From an uncultured Bdellovibrionales bacterium (GTDB lineage Bacteria > Patescibacteriota > Minisyncoccia > Moranbacterales > UBA1568), in NCBI GenBank assembly GCA_964530135.1, contig CAZGXN010000008.1, forward strand, positions 1 through 42,766: a stretch of 42,766 nt of DNA, given 5' to 3'. The first letter of the stretch is position 1. Every line of letters starts with the position of its first letter. The position numbers and the translations under genes are program-made. The notes beneath the pieces were generated by a model. It did not search any database, was not told where the DNA came from, and was given only the letters and a program-made list of their open reading frames with translations. Shown piece after piece: positions 20,928 to 29,227 of the stretch.

Positions 20928-21614
20928 TCAATATACAATTACCGAAAACTCTCCCTTCACCTTTTCTGGATGCTCGGTGAAGTAGGCAAGTCCCTCCGCC
21001 ACACTTCCTCGAATAATTTCCTCGTACATTTTTGTTAACTCACGACCGATGATAATGTGCTTTTCTGATGCCAGCGATTGAAGCAATTCCAGATTCTTCA
21101 TCAGCCGATGCGGTGATTCATAATACATGACCGGCAGTTCACTCGCGGCGACGCGTTTGAAATAGGTTTCGCGACCTTTCTTGTGTGGCGGGAAGCCCAG
21201 AAAGAGAAACTCTCGCATATCGACACCAGCGACCGAGACGAGTGCTGCGACGGCCGACACACCCGGAATGGGGATGACCGATATGCCTCGCTGGATGGCG
21301 AACGAGACGAGGATGTTGCCCGGATCCGATAGTCCTGGCGTCCCCGCATCGGTCACAACGGCGACATTTTCTCCAGCACCGATACGATCGAGAAAACCGT
21401 CGAGTTTTTTCACCTCAGTATGTTCATGCGCGGAGTACACTGGCACAGTGATTTCGTACTTCGTGAGAAGCTTCTTCGTCACGCGGGTATCCTCGGCCAG
21501 GATGAAGTCGACGGACTTCAGCGTCTCGAGTGCCCGCAGCGTGATGTCGCCAAGATTGCCGATTGGTGTACCGACAATGTAGAGCGTACCCGTTGCTTGA
21601 TTTGGTTGATTCAT
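20928..21614 (-). CDS. rsmI: 16S rRNA (C1402 2'-O)-methyltransferase
   Basis: LYIVGTPIGNLGDITLRAL, AEDTR, VTDAGTPGLSDPG, YESPHR, RELTK, KGEF. Start placed at MNQPN; the ORF track starts at 21632. Confidence 0.96.
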   Translation of the reverse strand: MNQPNQATGTLYIVGTPIGNLGDITLRALETLKSVDFILAEDTRVTKKLLTKYEITVPVYSAHEHTEVKKLDGFLDRIGAGENVAVVTDAGTPGLSDPGNILVSFAIQRGISVIPIPGVSAVAALVSVAGVDMREFLFLGFPPHKKGRETYFKRVAASELPVMYYESPHRLMKNLELLQSLASEKHIIIGRELTKMYEEIIRGSVAEGLAYFTEHPEKVKGEFSVIVY

Positions 21615-21684
21615 AAGAATTGACTCTAGCATACATCCATGCTATTTCAAGTATACCCAATACCGGACAGCAAAGGAGCTTATC

Positions 21685-21945
21685 ATGACCGCCGTGTCCC
21701 TTCCAATCAAAGTCGTGCCCTTTGGAGAAGTCCAAACGAAAGGGATGTTCATCCTTGCGAACGAGGCATCGCTTGCCACCATTCCCCTGCAGTACCCCGA
21801 CATGTTGCCTATCGTCATGAGAAAGATCGGCCCCGACCCAGAATTCAACTGGGTACCTGTTTTCGACATCCACATCAACAACGGCCGCGAACGCTTGACC
21901 GGGGGTAGGCTTGCTGACGACCAACTCTGCATCCTGGTCCGGTAG
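21685..21945 (+). CDS. Hypothetical protein (86 aa)
   Basis: AAAGGAG 6 nt before ATG; beta-rich soluble-looking sequence; followed by a terminator. Confidence 0.7.
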   Translation: MTAVSLPIKVVPFGEVQTKGMFILANEASLATIPLQYPDMLPIVMRKIGPDPEFNWVPVFDIHINNGRERLTGGRLADDQLCILVR

Positions 21946-21967
21946 AGACCAGTGCCCCCGCCTCACT

Positions 21968-22003
21968 GATCCCCTTGGCATAGCCCGGGGGTCGTTTTTT
22001 TTT
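21968..22003 (+). terminator. Intrinsic terminator after the 86-aa ORF
   Basis: GATCCCC...GGGGGTC imperfect stem followed by T9. Confidence 0.6.
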
Positions 22004-23270
22004 ACAGTCGTACCAATTTCTCCAATTTCTTCTTGTCGGCTTTTGGTCCGATGACGGCGAGATTGAGACGGTTATTTGTGAAGATTGATTGCGCGACTCG
22101 GAGCACATCGTCCGCCGTCACCTTATCGATGAGCTTAGCATACTCTTTCGGCAAGACGATTTTTCCTTTCAATGTTTCTTGATTGACGAGATACTCCACC
22201 ACATCATCCGATCCCTCGAGTCCCATGGCAATCTTGCCTTTAATGTATTCCTTCGCCTTTGAAATTTCCTCGGGTCCAACTTTCTCGGCCGCGATTTTCT
22301 TGTACTCGTCGAGGATGACTTCGATGGTCTTCTCCAGATTCTCGTGCTCGATGCCACACTGCGTCGCGAGATAGCCCACATCATGATAACTTTCAGCCGA
22401 GGTGTGGACATTATAGGCGAGGCCACGCCGCTCACGCACTGAGAGAAAAAGACGCGATGACATACCACCGCCGAGAATAGTCGAAAGAACGGCAACTGCG
22501 TACCGATCCGGATGATTCATATCAAATGTCCGCACGCCGAGTAACATGTGGGTCTGATCGGTTTTCTTGTGCTGGAAAAACACTCCCGGTACGGACTGCT
22601 TGTCAGTCGCTTTCTTGAAGACTGGCTTCTCACCGGTACGGATATGCGCGAAGCGCTTCTCGATCTCGCGTTTCATTTTCTTGGGATCCATTTTCCCGGC
22701 AACGCCGACGACAACATTACCCGAGACATAGCCACGAGCGAGATACTTCATGAAGTCCGTGCGCTTGAAGCTCTTGATATTGGACTTCGGTCCGACGATC
22801 TCCCAACCGAGGGGGGTGTCGCCATAGAGGTGCCTCTCCCATAGGTCATTGATGTGACGCATCGGCATGTCTTCGTACATGTTGATCTCTTGGAGGATAG
22901 CACCACGCTCACGGTCGATTTCCTCCTGCTCAATTTTGGCATTCATGAAGATATCGGAAACGACATCAAGGGCAATATCGGCATGTCGTGCCTCGACCTT
23001 GGCATAGTAGCCAGTCCGATCCTTGCCCGTGTACGCATTGTATTCCGCTCCGACCGCATCCAGTTCCTTACTGATATCGAGTGCAGCCGGACGCTTGGTC
23101 GTCCCCTTGAAGAACATATGCTCGAGGAAATGGGCGAGGCCATTTTCCTTGCGCGTCTCATAGCGGCTGCCGACTCCAGTCATGACGAGCACAGTCACCG
23201 TCTCCGTCTCGTGCATGGGGGCGAGAATGATGCGCAGCCCATTCTTCAAAGTGTGTTTCTTGTAGTTCAT
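22002..23270 (-). CDS. M16 family zinc peptidase (pitrilysin/insulinase-like)
   Basis: GLAHFLEHM (HxxEH), NAYT, ERGAILQE, LGGGMSSRLFLSVRERRGLAY. Confidence 0.95.
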   Translation of the reverse strand: MNYKKHTLKNGLRIILAPMHETETVTVLVMTGVGSRYETRKENGLAHFLEHMFFKGTTKRPAALDISKELDAVGAEYNAYTGKDRTGYYAKVEARHADIALDVVSDIFMNAKIEQEEIDRERGAILQEINMYEDMPMRHINDLWERHLYGDTPLGWEIVGPKSNIKSFKRTDFMKYLARGYVSGNVVVGVAGKMDPKKMKREIEKRFAHIRTGEKPVFKKATDKQSVPGVFFQHKKTDQTHMLLGVRTFDMNHPDRYAVAVLSTILGGGMSSRLFLSVRERRGLAYNVHTSAESYHDVGYLATQCGIEHENLEKTIEVILDEYKKIAAEKVGPEEISKAKEYIKGKIAMGLEGSDDVVEYLVNQETLKGKIVLPKEYAKLIDKVTADDVLRVAQSIFTNNRLNLAVIGPKADKKKLEKLVRL

Positions 23271-23281
23271 GCGTTTCTTGG

Positions 23282-24700
23282 TTATTTCAGGTTAGTCTGG
23301 AAAAATGCGGCGAGGTCTTCGATCTTCATTCTTTCTTGCTTCATTGTGTCGCGGTCACGAACGGTAACGGTGCCTTCGAGTTCCTTGTTTTCACCGAGGG
23401 TGTCGAAGTCAATGGTAATGCAGTACGGCGTGCCGATCTCGTCCTGACGGCGATAGCGCTTCCCCACATTGCCATTGTCATCAAATTCGACGCGGAGCGT
23501 CTGACGGAGCAGGTCATATACCTCACGCGCCTTGGCGACAAGCTCGGGCTTGTTCTTCATGAGTGGAAACACCGCCACCTGTACCGGCGCGAGCTTCTTT
23601 GGAAGCTTCAGGACAATGCGCGTATCATCTTCAGCGAGTTTCTCTTCCGTATACGCATCAGTGAGAACAGCGAGGAATGTGCGCTCGAGGCCGACAGAGG
23701 TCTCCACGATCCACGGCATGAATTTCTCATTCGTTACTGGATCGCGATAAGAAAGATCGACGCCCGAAAACTTTGAGTGCTGGATCAAATCATAATCGCT
23801 CCGATTATGCACACCCTCGAGCTCTTTGAATCCGAACGGGAAATTGTATTCAATATCCCATGCGGCCTTAGCATAGAACACCAGGTTTTCATGTTGATGC
23901 CAGCGGAGGTTCTCGGCCTTGAGGCCAAGATCAAGGTAGTACTGGAAACGCTTGGCTCGCCACTCCTCATACGCAGTTGCCGCTTCCTCAGGACGGACAA
24001 AGTACTGCATCTCCATCTGTTCAAACTCGCGCTTGCGGAAGATGAACTGCCGGGCCGTGATCTCATTCCGAAACGCCTTGCCGATCTGCGCGATGCCGAA
24101 CGGCACCTTCACCCGCGAAGAATCCAACACATTCTTGAAATTCACATAAATCCCCTGACAAGTCTCGCCGCGCAGATAGGTTGGTTCCGCCGTCCAATCG
24201 CCAGTAAAATTTCCCAGATTCGACTGCACGAGGAGATTGAAACTCTTCGCTTCGGTGAAATTACTCTTACCACACTTCGGACATTTCACTTTGTCTTTGT
24301 GTTCAGAAAAAAGCGCGTTGATCTCGGCCTCGGTCATCTTCTCATCGGCAAAGACATCAACGGCTTCGAGGAGATGATCAACTCGGACGCGGGTGTGGCA
24401 CTCGCGACACTCAGCAAGCGGGTCAGAAAATCCACCCACGTGTCCTGATGCCTCCCAGACTTTCGGGTGCATGAAGATCGCCGCATCGAGACCAACGATA
24501 TTGTCATGATCATAGACCATCGCCTTCCACCAGGCATCGCGGATATTCCGAGCGAGCTCCACACCGTACGGACCAAAATCATAGACGGCCGCAAATCCAC
24601 CGTAGATTTCCGATGATGGAAACACAAACCCGCGGCGCTTGGCAAGCGAGATGATTTTCTCCATCAGACCCTCTGATTTTCCTGACTTATTTTCTGGCAT
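23282..24700 (-). CDS. glyS: Glycine--tRNA ligase, homodimeric (eukaryote/archaea-like) type
   Basis: KRRGFVFPSSEIYGG, YLRGETCQGI, AQIGKAFRNEIT, REFEQME, ETSVGLER, IGKRYRRQDEIG-like anticodon-binding motif (VGKRYRRQDEIGTP). Confidence 0.97.
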   Translation of the reverse strand: MPENKSGKSEGLMEKIISLAKRRGFVFPSSEIYGGFAAVYDFGPYGVELARNIRDAWWKAMVYDHDNIVGLDAAIFMHPKVWEASGHVGGFSDPLAECRECHTRVRVDHLLEAVDVFADEKMTEAEINALFSEHKDKVKCPKCGKSNFTEAKSFNLLVQSNLGNFTGDWTAEPTYLRGETCQGIYVNFKNVLDSSRVKVPFGIAQIGKAFRNEITARQFIFRKREFEQMEMQYFVRPEEAATAYEEWRAKRFQYYLDLGLKAENLRWHQHENLVFYAKAAWDIEYNFPFGFKELEGVHNRSDYDLIQHSKFSGVDLSYRDPVTNEKFMPWIVETSVGLERTFLAVLTDAYTEEKLAEDDTRIVLKLPKKLAPVQVAVFPLMKNKPELVAKAREVYDLLRQTLRVEFDDNGNVGKRYRRQDEIGTPYCITIDFDTLGENKELEGTVTVRDRDTMKQERMKIEDLAAFFQTNLK

Positions 24701-24706
24701 ATTCTC

Positions 24707-24735
24707 TTGACGATTTTCATTACAAACAGTAGAGT
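24707..24735 (+). promoter_or_regulatory. Putative sigma70 promoter of the zinc-ribbon ORF
   Basis: TTGACG-17 nt-TAGAGT. Confidence 0.65.
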
Positions 24736-24842
24736 AATCGAGCTCTTTAACAATCCAACCCCAAAACGATTCTTAGCCCATCCTAGCCTGTAAAGGCTAT
24801 TTCTTCAACCCAACACGGTTACCGAACAAAGGAGTCATAATA

Positions 24843-25046
24843 ATGAAGTATCTGGGGATCGGCATCGCCGCCGGTATCGCGCTCGCCCTCTTGTATGGTT
24901 ACTCTCTCGCCCGACGCCTGAGCCCAACCTGTCCAAAATGTGGAAGTCAAAAAACCGATACCCTTTGCTTCAGCTTCCATCGCACCCTCTATGGGTGTCG
25001 GGACTGCGGATACGAATGGAGGATGAGTGATAGTGATCCAGATTGA
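24843..25046 (+). CDS. Small membrane-anchored zinc-ribbon protein (67 aa)
   Basis: AAAGGAG upstream; N-terminal hydrophobic helix, then CPKC-x18-CRDC. Confidence 0.8.
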   Translation: MKYLGIGIAAGIALALLYGYSLARRLSPTCPKCGSQKTDTLCFSFHRTLYGCRDCGYEWRMSDSDPD

Positions 25047-25198
25047 TGATCAAAGAAAACAGGTACTCACCAAACTGCGCATACTTTCTCTCGTATGACT
25101 CGTGATCACCCATCACATCCTCTGATTTGTACAAGCCAGGTCGTCCCAAATATCAGAATCCGAACACGCGCGAAGCAATAATTTGCCGCGCGCTTTTT

Positions 25199-26311
25199 TT
25201 ATTCTTCCCGCAATTTTTTCATCAGCTCCAAATAGAAAGCAAGGTTGTGCAATGTCGCCAACCGTCCCGCCAATGGTTCATCCATCATGAACTGATGGCG
25301 AAGGTAGGCTTTTGAATATTCACGCAGAAGTGATACCGGACTCTCTGCATCAATAGGTGAAAAATCCTCCCGAAACTCTTCACTTTTCAGATTTTTGGTC
25401 GTGTAAAAATTCCCACCCTTGTCCAAAGCATCACCCGTCCAAGAGAACAGCCGGCCATGCCGCCCCTCCCGTGTCGGGATAACGCAGTCAAACATATCTA
25501 CTCCCGCCCGCACCGCCGCAACGATTTCCTCGGGCCGGCCGAGTCCCATCAGGTAGCGCGGTTTATCGGCAGGGAGATGCGGCAATGTCGCCGCAAGGAT
25601 AACAGGCAAGGTCTCACGCGGTTCGCCCACCGCGACACCGCCGATAGCATAACCATCGAGATGAAGTGCCACAAGGGAGCGAGCTGACTGTTCGCGGAGA
25701 TCGGGATATTGGGAACCCTGCACGATGCCAAACAACAGTGGGCGATGTGTCTCAAGGCCAAGCTCGATGATCCTTTTTTCAAAGTGCGTCTTGGCCCGAG
25801 CGGCCCAACGCGTCGTGCGTTCGAGTGAAGCGAGGGCATAGCTATGCTCACACGGATACGGCGGACACTCGTCGAGCACCATGATGATGTCTGACCCGAG
25901 ATTGAGCTGGATATCAATGGATTTTTCGGGTGAGAGAAAATACGTGTTGCCATTGGTCGGATCCTGAAATTCAACCCCCTCTTCTGAAAGTTTCACGCCG
26001 TTTTTTCCGAAACGCTCGGCCGCGCGGGCTCCTAGCGAGAATACCTGGAACCCGCCCGAATCTGTCAGAATCGGTCCATCCCACTGCATGAAATGATGGA
26101 GATCACCGGCGCGGGCGATCAGATCATCGCCAGGCCGCAGCCACAGATGGTAAGTGTTACCAAGCACGATTTCAGCACCAAGCATCTTCAGGTCCTCGGT
26201 GGTCAAGTGCTTCACTGCCCCGCGCGTCGCAATGGGCATGAACACTGGCGTCCGCACCGTACCGTTCCGCGTTACAATCGAGATATTTCCCCGCTCCGTT
26301 CCCTGTGTCAT
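25199..26311 (-). CDS. tgt: tRNA-guanine transglycosylase (zinc cysteines absent)
   Basis: TPVFMP, GNTYHLWLRPG, TDSGGFQVFSL, VLDEC, LFGIVQG, GYAIGGVAVGE, PRYLMG, DMFDCVIPTR; GGAG 7 nt before the ATG at 26311. Confidence 0.97.
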   Translation of the reverse strand: MTQGTERGNISIVTRNGTVRTPVFMPIATRGAVKHLTTEDLKMLGAEIVLGNTYHLWLRPGDDLIARAGDLHHFMQWDGPILTDSGGFQVFSLGARAAERFGKNGVKLSEEGVEFQDPTNGNTYFLSPEKSIDIQLNLGSDIIMVLDECPPYPCEHSYALASLERTTRWAARAKTHFEKRIIELGLETHRPLLFGIVQGSQYPDLREQSARSLVALHLDGYAIGGVAVGEPRETLPVILAATLPHLPADKPRYLMGLGRPEEIVAAVRAGVDMFDCVIPTREGRHGRLFSWTGDALDKGGNFYTTKNLKSEEFREDFSPIDAESPVSLLREYSKAYLRHQFMMDEPLAGRLATLHNLAFYLELMKKLREE

Positions 26312-26326
26312 AACGCTCTCCACAGG

Positions 26327-28276
26327 TTAAAGTCTGGGCCTCACTTTGCCGCCCATAACACTTGTAATCTGCCCATCTTCGGGGAGAGTAATAAGTTTGG
26401 CGGGCAAATCGAGACGCAGGGCTTCTCCGCTCCAGATATCTTTTCCCGTAAAGACCGCCGAGTTTATGAGTTTCGCCTCGCTGTTTTCTTGGCTCGGGTC
26501 AGGTGTAAAGCCGATCTGAATAACCAATCCAACCGCTTTCCCTACCCCCGGTGCCAGCGTTCCAATATTCCAAAAAATCTCACCCGTGCGATCATTGTAG
26601 ACCACGGTTCCCTGACTGCTCGCCTGTGTCTTCAAATATCGGACTTGTCCCGGTATAGAAAGGGTAACTCGCGCATCTTCAATCGCATTCAATGTACTCG
26701 TTGCTCGAAGATTGAGCGTATAAGTCGTTTCTTGTCCGACGACCGGCGGCATCGGTCCCGTATTTCCATAACTGTCAAAATAATAGCCCAGGAGGTCAAG
26801 GGTCGCTGCAGTCTTCACCTTGAAAGCAACTCGATTACTGGCGATAATTTTATTCGCACCGATAGGCGTCGGAACATCCGGACTATCGATTTTCGCAATC
26901 GACTCGATCTCGAGATTATTTCTGCCAGAATTTGCAATATCTGCTCGCACCGGAACCGAAAAAGTGATTTCCCCACCTCGACCAGGTTCGATCAGCGACA
27001 ACACCTCACGATCTGAAGCTCGAAAAATCACTTGCTGCTTGGCAATACTGTATGTACCACCATTCCCCAGTTTGATATTGTTCACATCGAAATACTGCGG
27101 ATCGAGATCAACGGTAACAATAAGATCCCGCAAACCGACATCGCCATCATTCCTGAAAATGATCCGGTAAGAGAGTCCTTCACCCGGCGCGACGGATTTC
27201 TTCTCACTACCATCGCCAATTTTCTGGAAAATAACAAGGGGCGAAGCAATGATACGTGTCTGTCGATCAATCTCTGCATAGGCCAAAAGTGATCCATCAC
27301 CTTGTGGCACACCGATCTTTGCAAGCACGCGTTTTACATCGCCCTGGGATCCAGTGATGATGCCCCGCACCGTTACCATACCTGATTCTCCAGGTGCGAG
27401 AGCAGATATATTCCAACGATTTTCTCCACTTGACGGGACTGGGGTAGATTCACGGTAAGTGAAACCCGTCGGGTACTCAATGACGAGCTCTAGATTTTCA
27501 ACTGTTTCAGTACTTTCATTACGATAGGTGGCGACATAATCTGCGAACTGACCATCGCCAGCTTGGGACGGAACCGCAAGCTCAACCACGATTGCTGAGC
27601 TCTCCACTGCGACACTGTACTTGTATTCAGTATCAACTCGACTCGAAACTCCCGCTGGAGCGGCGCGCAATGTTACCGTAAAGAGTGCTACTTGATCCTG
27701 CAATGACTGAAATGACCCCTTGAGAACTAAGTTATTCAGGCTAGATTTTTTCACCGTTCCCAATGAGAGAGCCGCGCGATTCGTACTCACCTGCAACCCG
27801 TCCGTAGGCATCAGACGAAACATCTCTGGATATGTGATAATGAGTTCGGCATCATCAAGATCAACCCAGTTATTATTTTCATAACGAATCACATACTCAA
27901 CCGCCTCATTGCTTTCCACGCGTTTCGGTCCCGTCATACTCACCTGGACATTGGCTGGGACAAACAACCACCCACCGGCTTTGAAAACAACCCCGGCCAC
28001 AATCAATGTTAATGCCAAGCCACCCAGGAACAAAGCAACCTTCTTCGGCAATCGAGCGAATGGATTATGCGATCTCAATCCGGTAGGCGCAATTGGTTCT
28101 TCTCGTCGCTCCTGACCACCCCAAGCATCACCCAGGGGGACCTCGGGAGTGGTTACCTCAACTGGTTCGGGAAGCACTGACCGTGGTTGAATACCAGCCA
28201 GCGAGTCGGCTGACTGAGATGATTCAGCTTCCCGACTCCGACGATGAAGTTCCTCATTGATATCAGCAAGTGACAT
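26327..28276 (-). CDS. Membrane-anchored surface protein with repeated Ig-like (DUF11-like) beta sandwiches
   Basis: 649 aa; disordered N-terminus, one TM helix, repeated modules (YVIRYENN, YVATYRNES, YRIIFRNDG, YTLNLRATS) each followed by WNI/LAPG-type strands. Confidence 0.75.
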   Translation of the reverse strand: MSLADINEELHRRSREAESSQSADSLAGIQPRSVLPEPVEVTTPEVPLGDAWGGQERREEPIAPTGLRSHNPFARLPKKVALFLGGLALTLIVAGVVFKAGGWLFVPANVQVSMTGPKRVESNEAVEYVIRYENNNWVDLDDAELIITYPEMFRLMPTDGLQVSTNRAALSLGTVKKSSLNNLVLKGSFQSLQDQVALFTVTLRAAPAGVSSRVDTEYKYSVAVESSAIVVELAVPSQAGDGQFADYVATYRNESTETVENLELVIEYPTGFTYRESTPVPSSGENRWNISALAPGESGMVTVRGIITGSQGDVKRVLAKIGVPQGDGSLLAYAEIDRQTRIIASPLVIFQKIGDGSEKKSVAPGEGLSYRIIFRNDGDVGLRDLIVTVDLDPQYFDVNNIKLGNGGTYSIAKQQVIFRASDREVLSLIEPGRGGEITFSVPVRADIANSGRNNLEIESIAKIDSPDVPTPIGANKIIASNRVAFKVKTAATLDLLGYYFDSYGNTGPMPPVVGQETTYTLNLRATSTLNAIEDARVTLSIPGQVRYLKTQASSQGTVVYNDRTGEIFWNIGTLAPGVGKAVGLVIQIGFTPDPSQENSEAKLINSAVFTGKDIWSGEALRLDLPAKLITLPEDGQITSVMGGKVRPRL

Positions 28277-28380
28277 AGTATATGTATTCTCTTATCTTAT
28301 CAGAGTAGACAGTGGGATGAAAGGATTTTATATTCCCGCCTGATGGCTGGCCCTCGAGACGACTTGTTCCAAACAGGTAT

Positions 28381-29106
28381 CTAGTCCCGAATCCACCGAC
28401 GATACCTATTCCGCAAACGAGCGATCTCTTCAAGTGTTCCTTCGTCCAGGACAATCTTTTGAATATGCAGGAGTGGGTGCTCACCTATCAGACGAAGGGC
28501 CTTAATTGCGTTTTCCGAAATGATCTGAGCATCTCGCGCTTCATGGACATGCGTATGCGAGACAACTCCACCAGATTCAAAACTCAGGAAAAATCTCTCT
28601 CCCGAATGAAGGCGCTCATGAGAAAGAACGCACGACCCTAACTCAAAACGATACCCCAAAAGCCCGAAGAGTTGATAATATACGGCTTCGGTCAAGAGTC
28701 GGGTGGGTTGAATCGCTGCCCCCTCCTGAGAAAAATGCTCCATGAGTTCCAAGTAATTCCGTAGAAGATGAAACAGCACCTCATCCCTTTCTCCAAGTTC
28801 GATGAGACGATCCACATCCGTCAAAAAGCTAGTAACACTCCGCAGAGTTTCGTATGATTGGTGAAGAGCTGGATATGATTCTTCCAGGACGGCTCCGGTA
28901 ATTTTCCCCGTTCCGCGCGTTCGGGCAACCATGATCTCAGCGAGTGTGGCGGTTTCAAGTGAACTCGCCAGTTTTGCTTCTGACTTCCGAACACCCTTGG
29001 CAACGGCCGTTACTTTTCCCTGTTCGCGAGTGAAAAAAGTGTACAAACGATCGGTCTCTCCAATCTCGCGCTTCCGGAGCATAATGCCAGTGAATCGGTA
29101 TTCCAT
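28381..29106 (-). CDS. recO: DNA repair protein RecO
   Basis: GIMLRKREIGETDRLYTFFTREQGKVTAVAKGVRKSEAKLASSLE OB-fold; start placed at MEYRF (the ORF track starts at 29211). Confidence 0.93.
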   Translation of the reverse strand: MEYRFTGIMLRKREIGETDRLYTFFTREQGKVTAVAKGVRKSEAKLASSLETATLAEIMVARTRGTGKITGAVLEESYPALHQSYETLRSVTSFLTDVDRLIELGERDEVLFHLLRNYLELMEHFSQEGAAIQPTRLLTEAVYYQLFGLLGYRFELGSCVLSHERLHSGERFFLSFESGGVVSHTHVHEARDAQIISENAIKALRLIGEHPLLHIQKIVLDEGTLEEIARLRNRYRRWIRD

Positions 29107-29227
29107 ATGATGTAGGGTATCCCGATCAACTGTCTGTACGCAAGACATGAAACGAAGTAGGGTATTTCCTGTACATCTATCCACGGACCATACCCTTGTT
29201 GCGCGCCCCAAGCTCTGAAACCTGACT

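Noticed and set aside
25098-25184. 28-aa plus-strand ORF MTRDHPSHPLICTSQVVPNIRIRTRAKQ
   Set aside because: No SD or promoter, and it runs into the terminator hairpin.
28563-28573. 11-bp match CAACTCCACCA to the tmRNA 3' end (possible att site)
   Set aside because: Lies inside intact recO, does not extend, and no integrase is present; compatible with chance.
29112-29195. Direct repeat GTAGGGTAT (x2) with one complementary ATACCC upstream of recO
   Set aside because: Only 6-bp alternative pairings; too weak to call a switch without covariation data.
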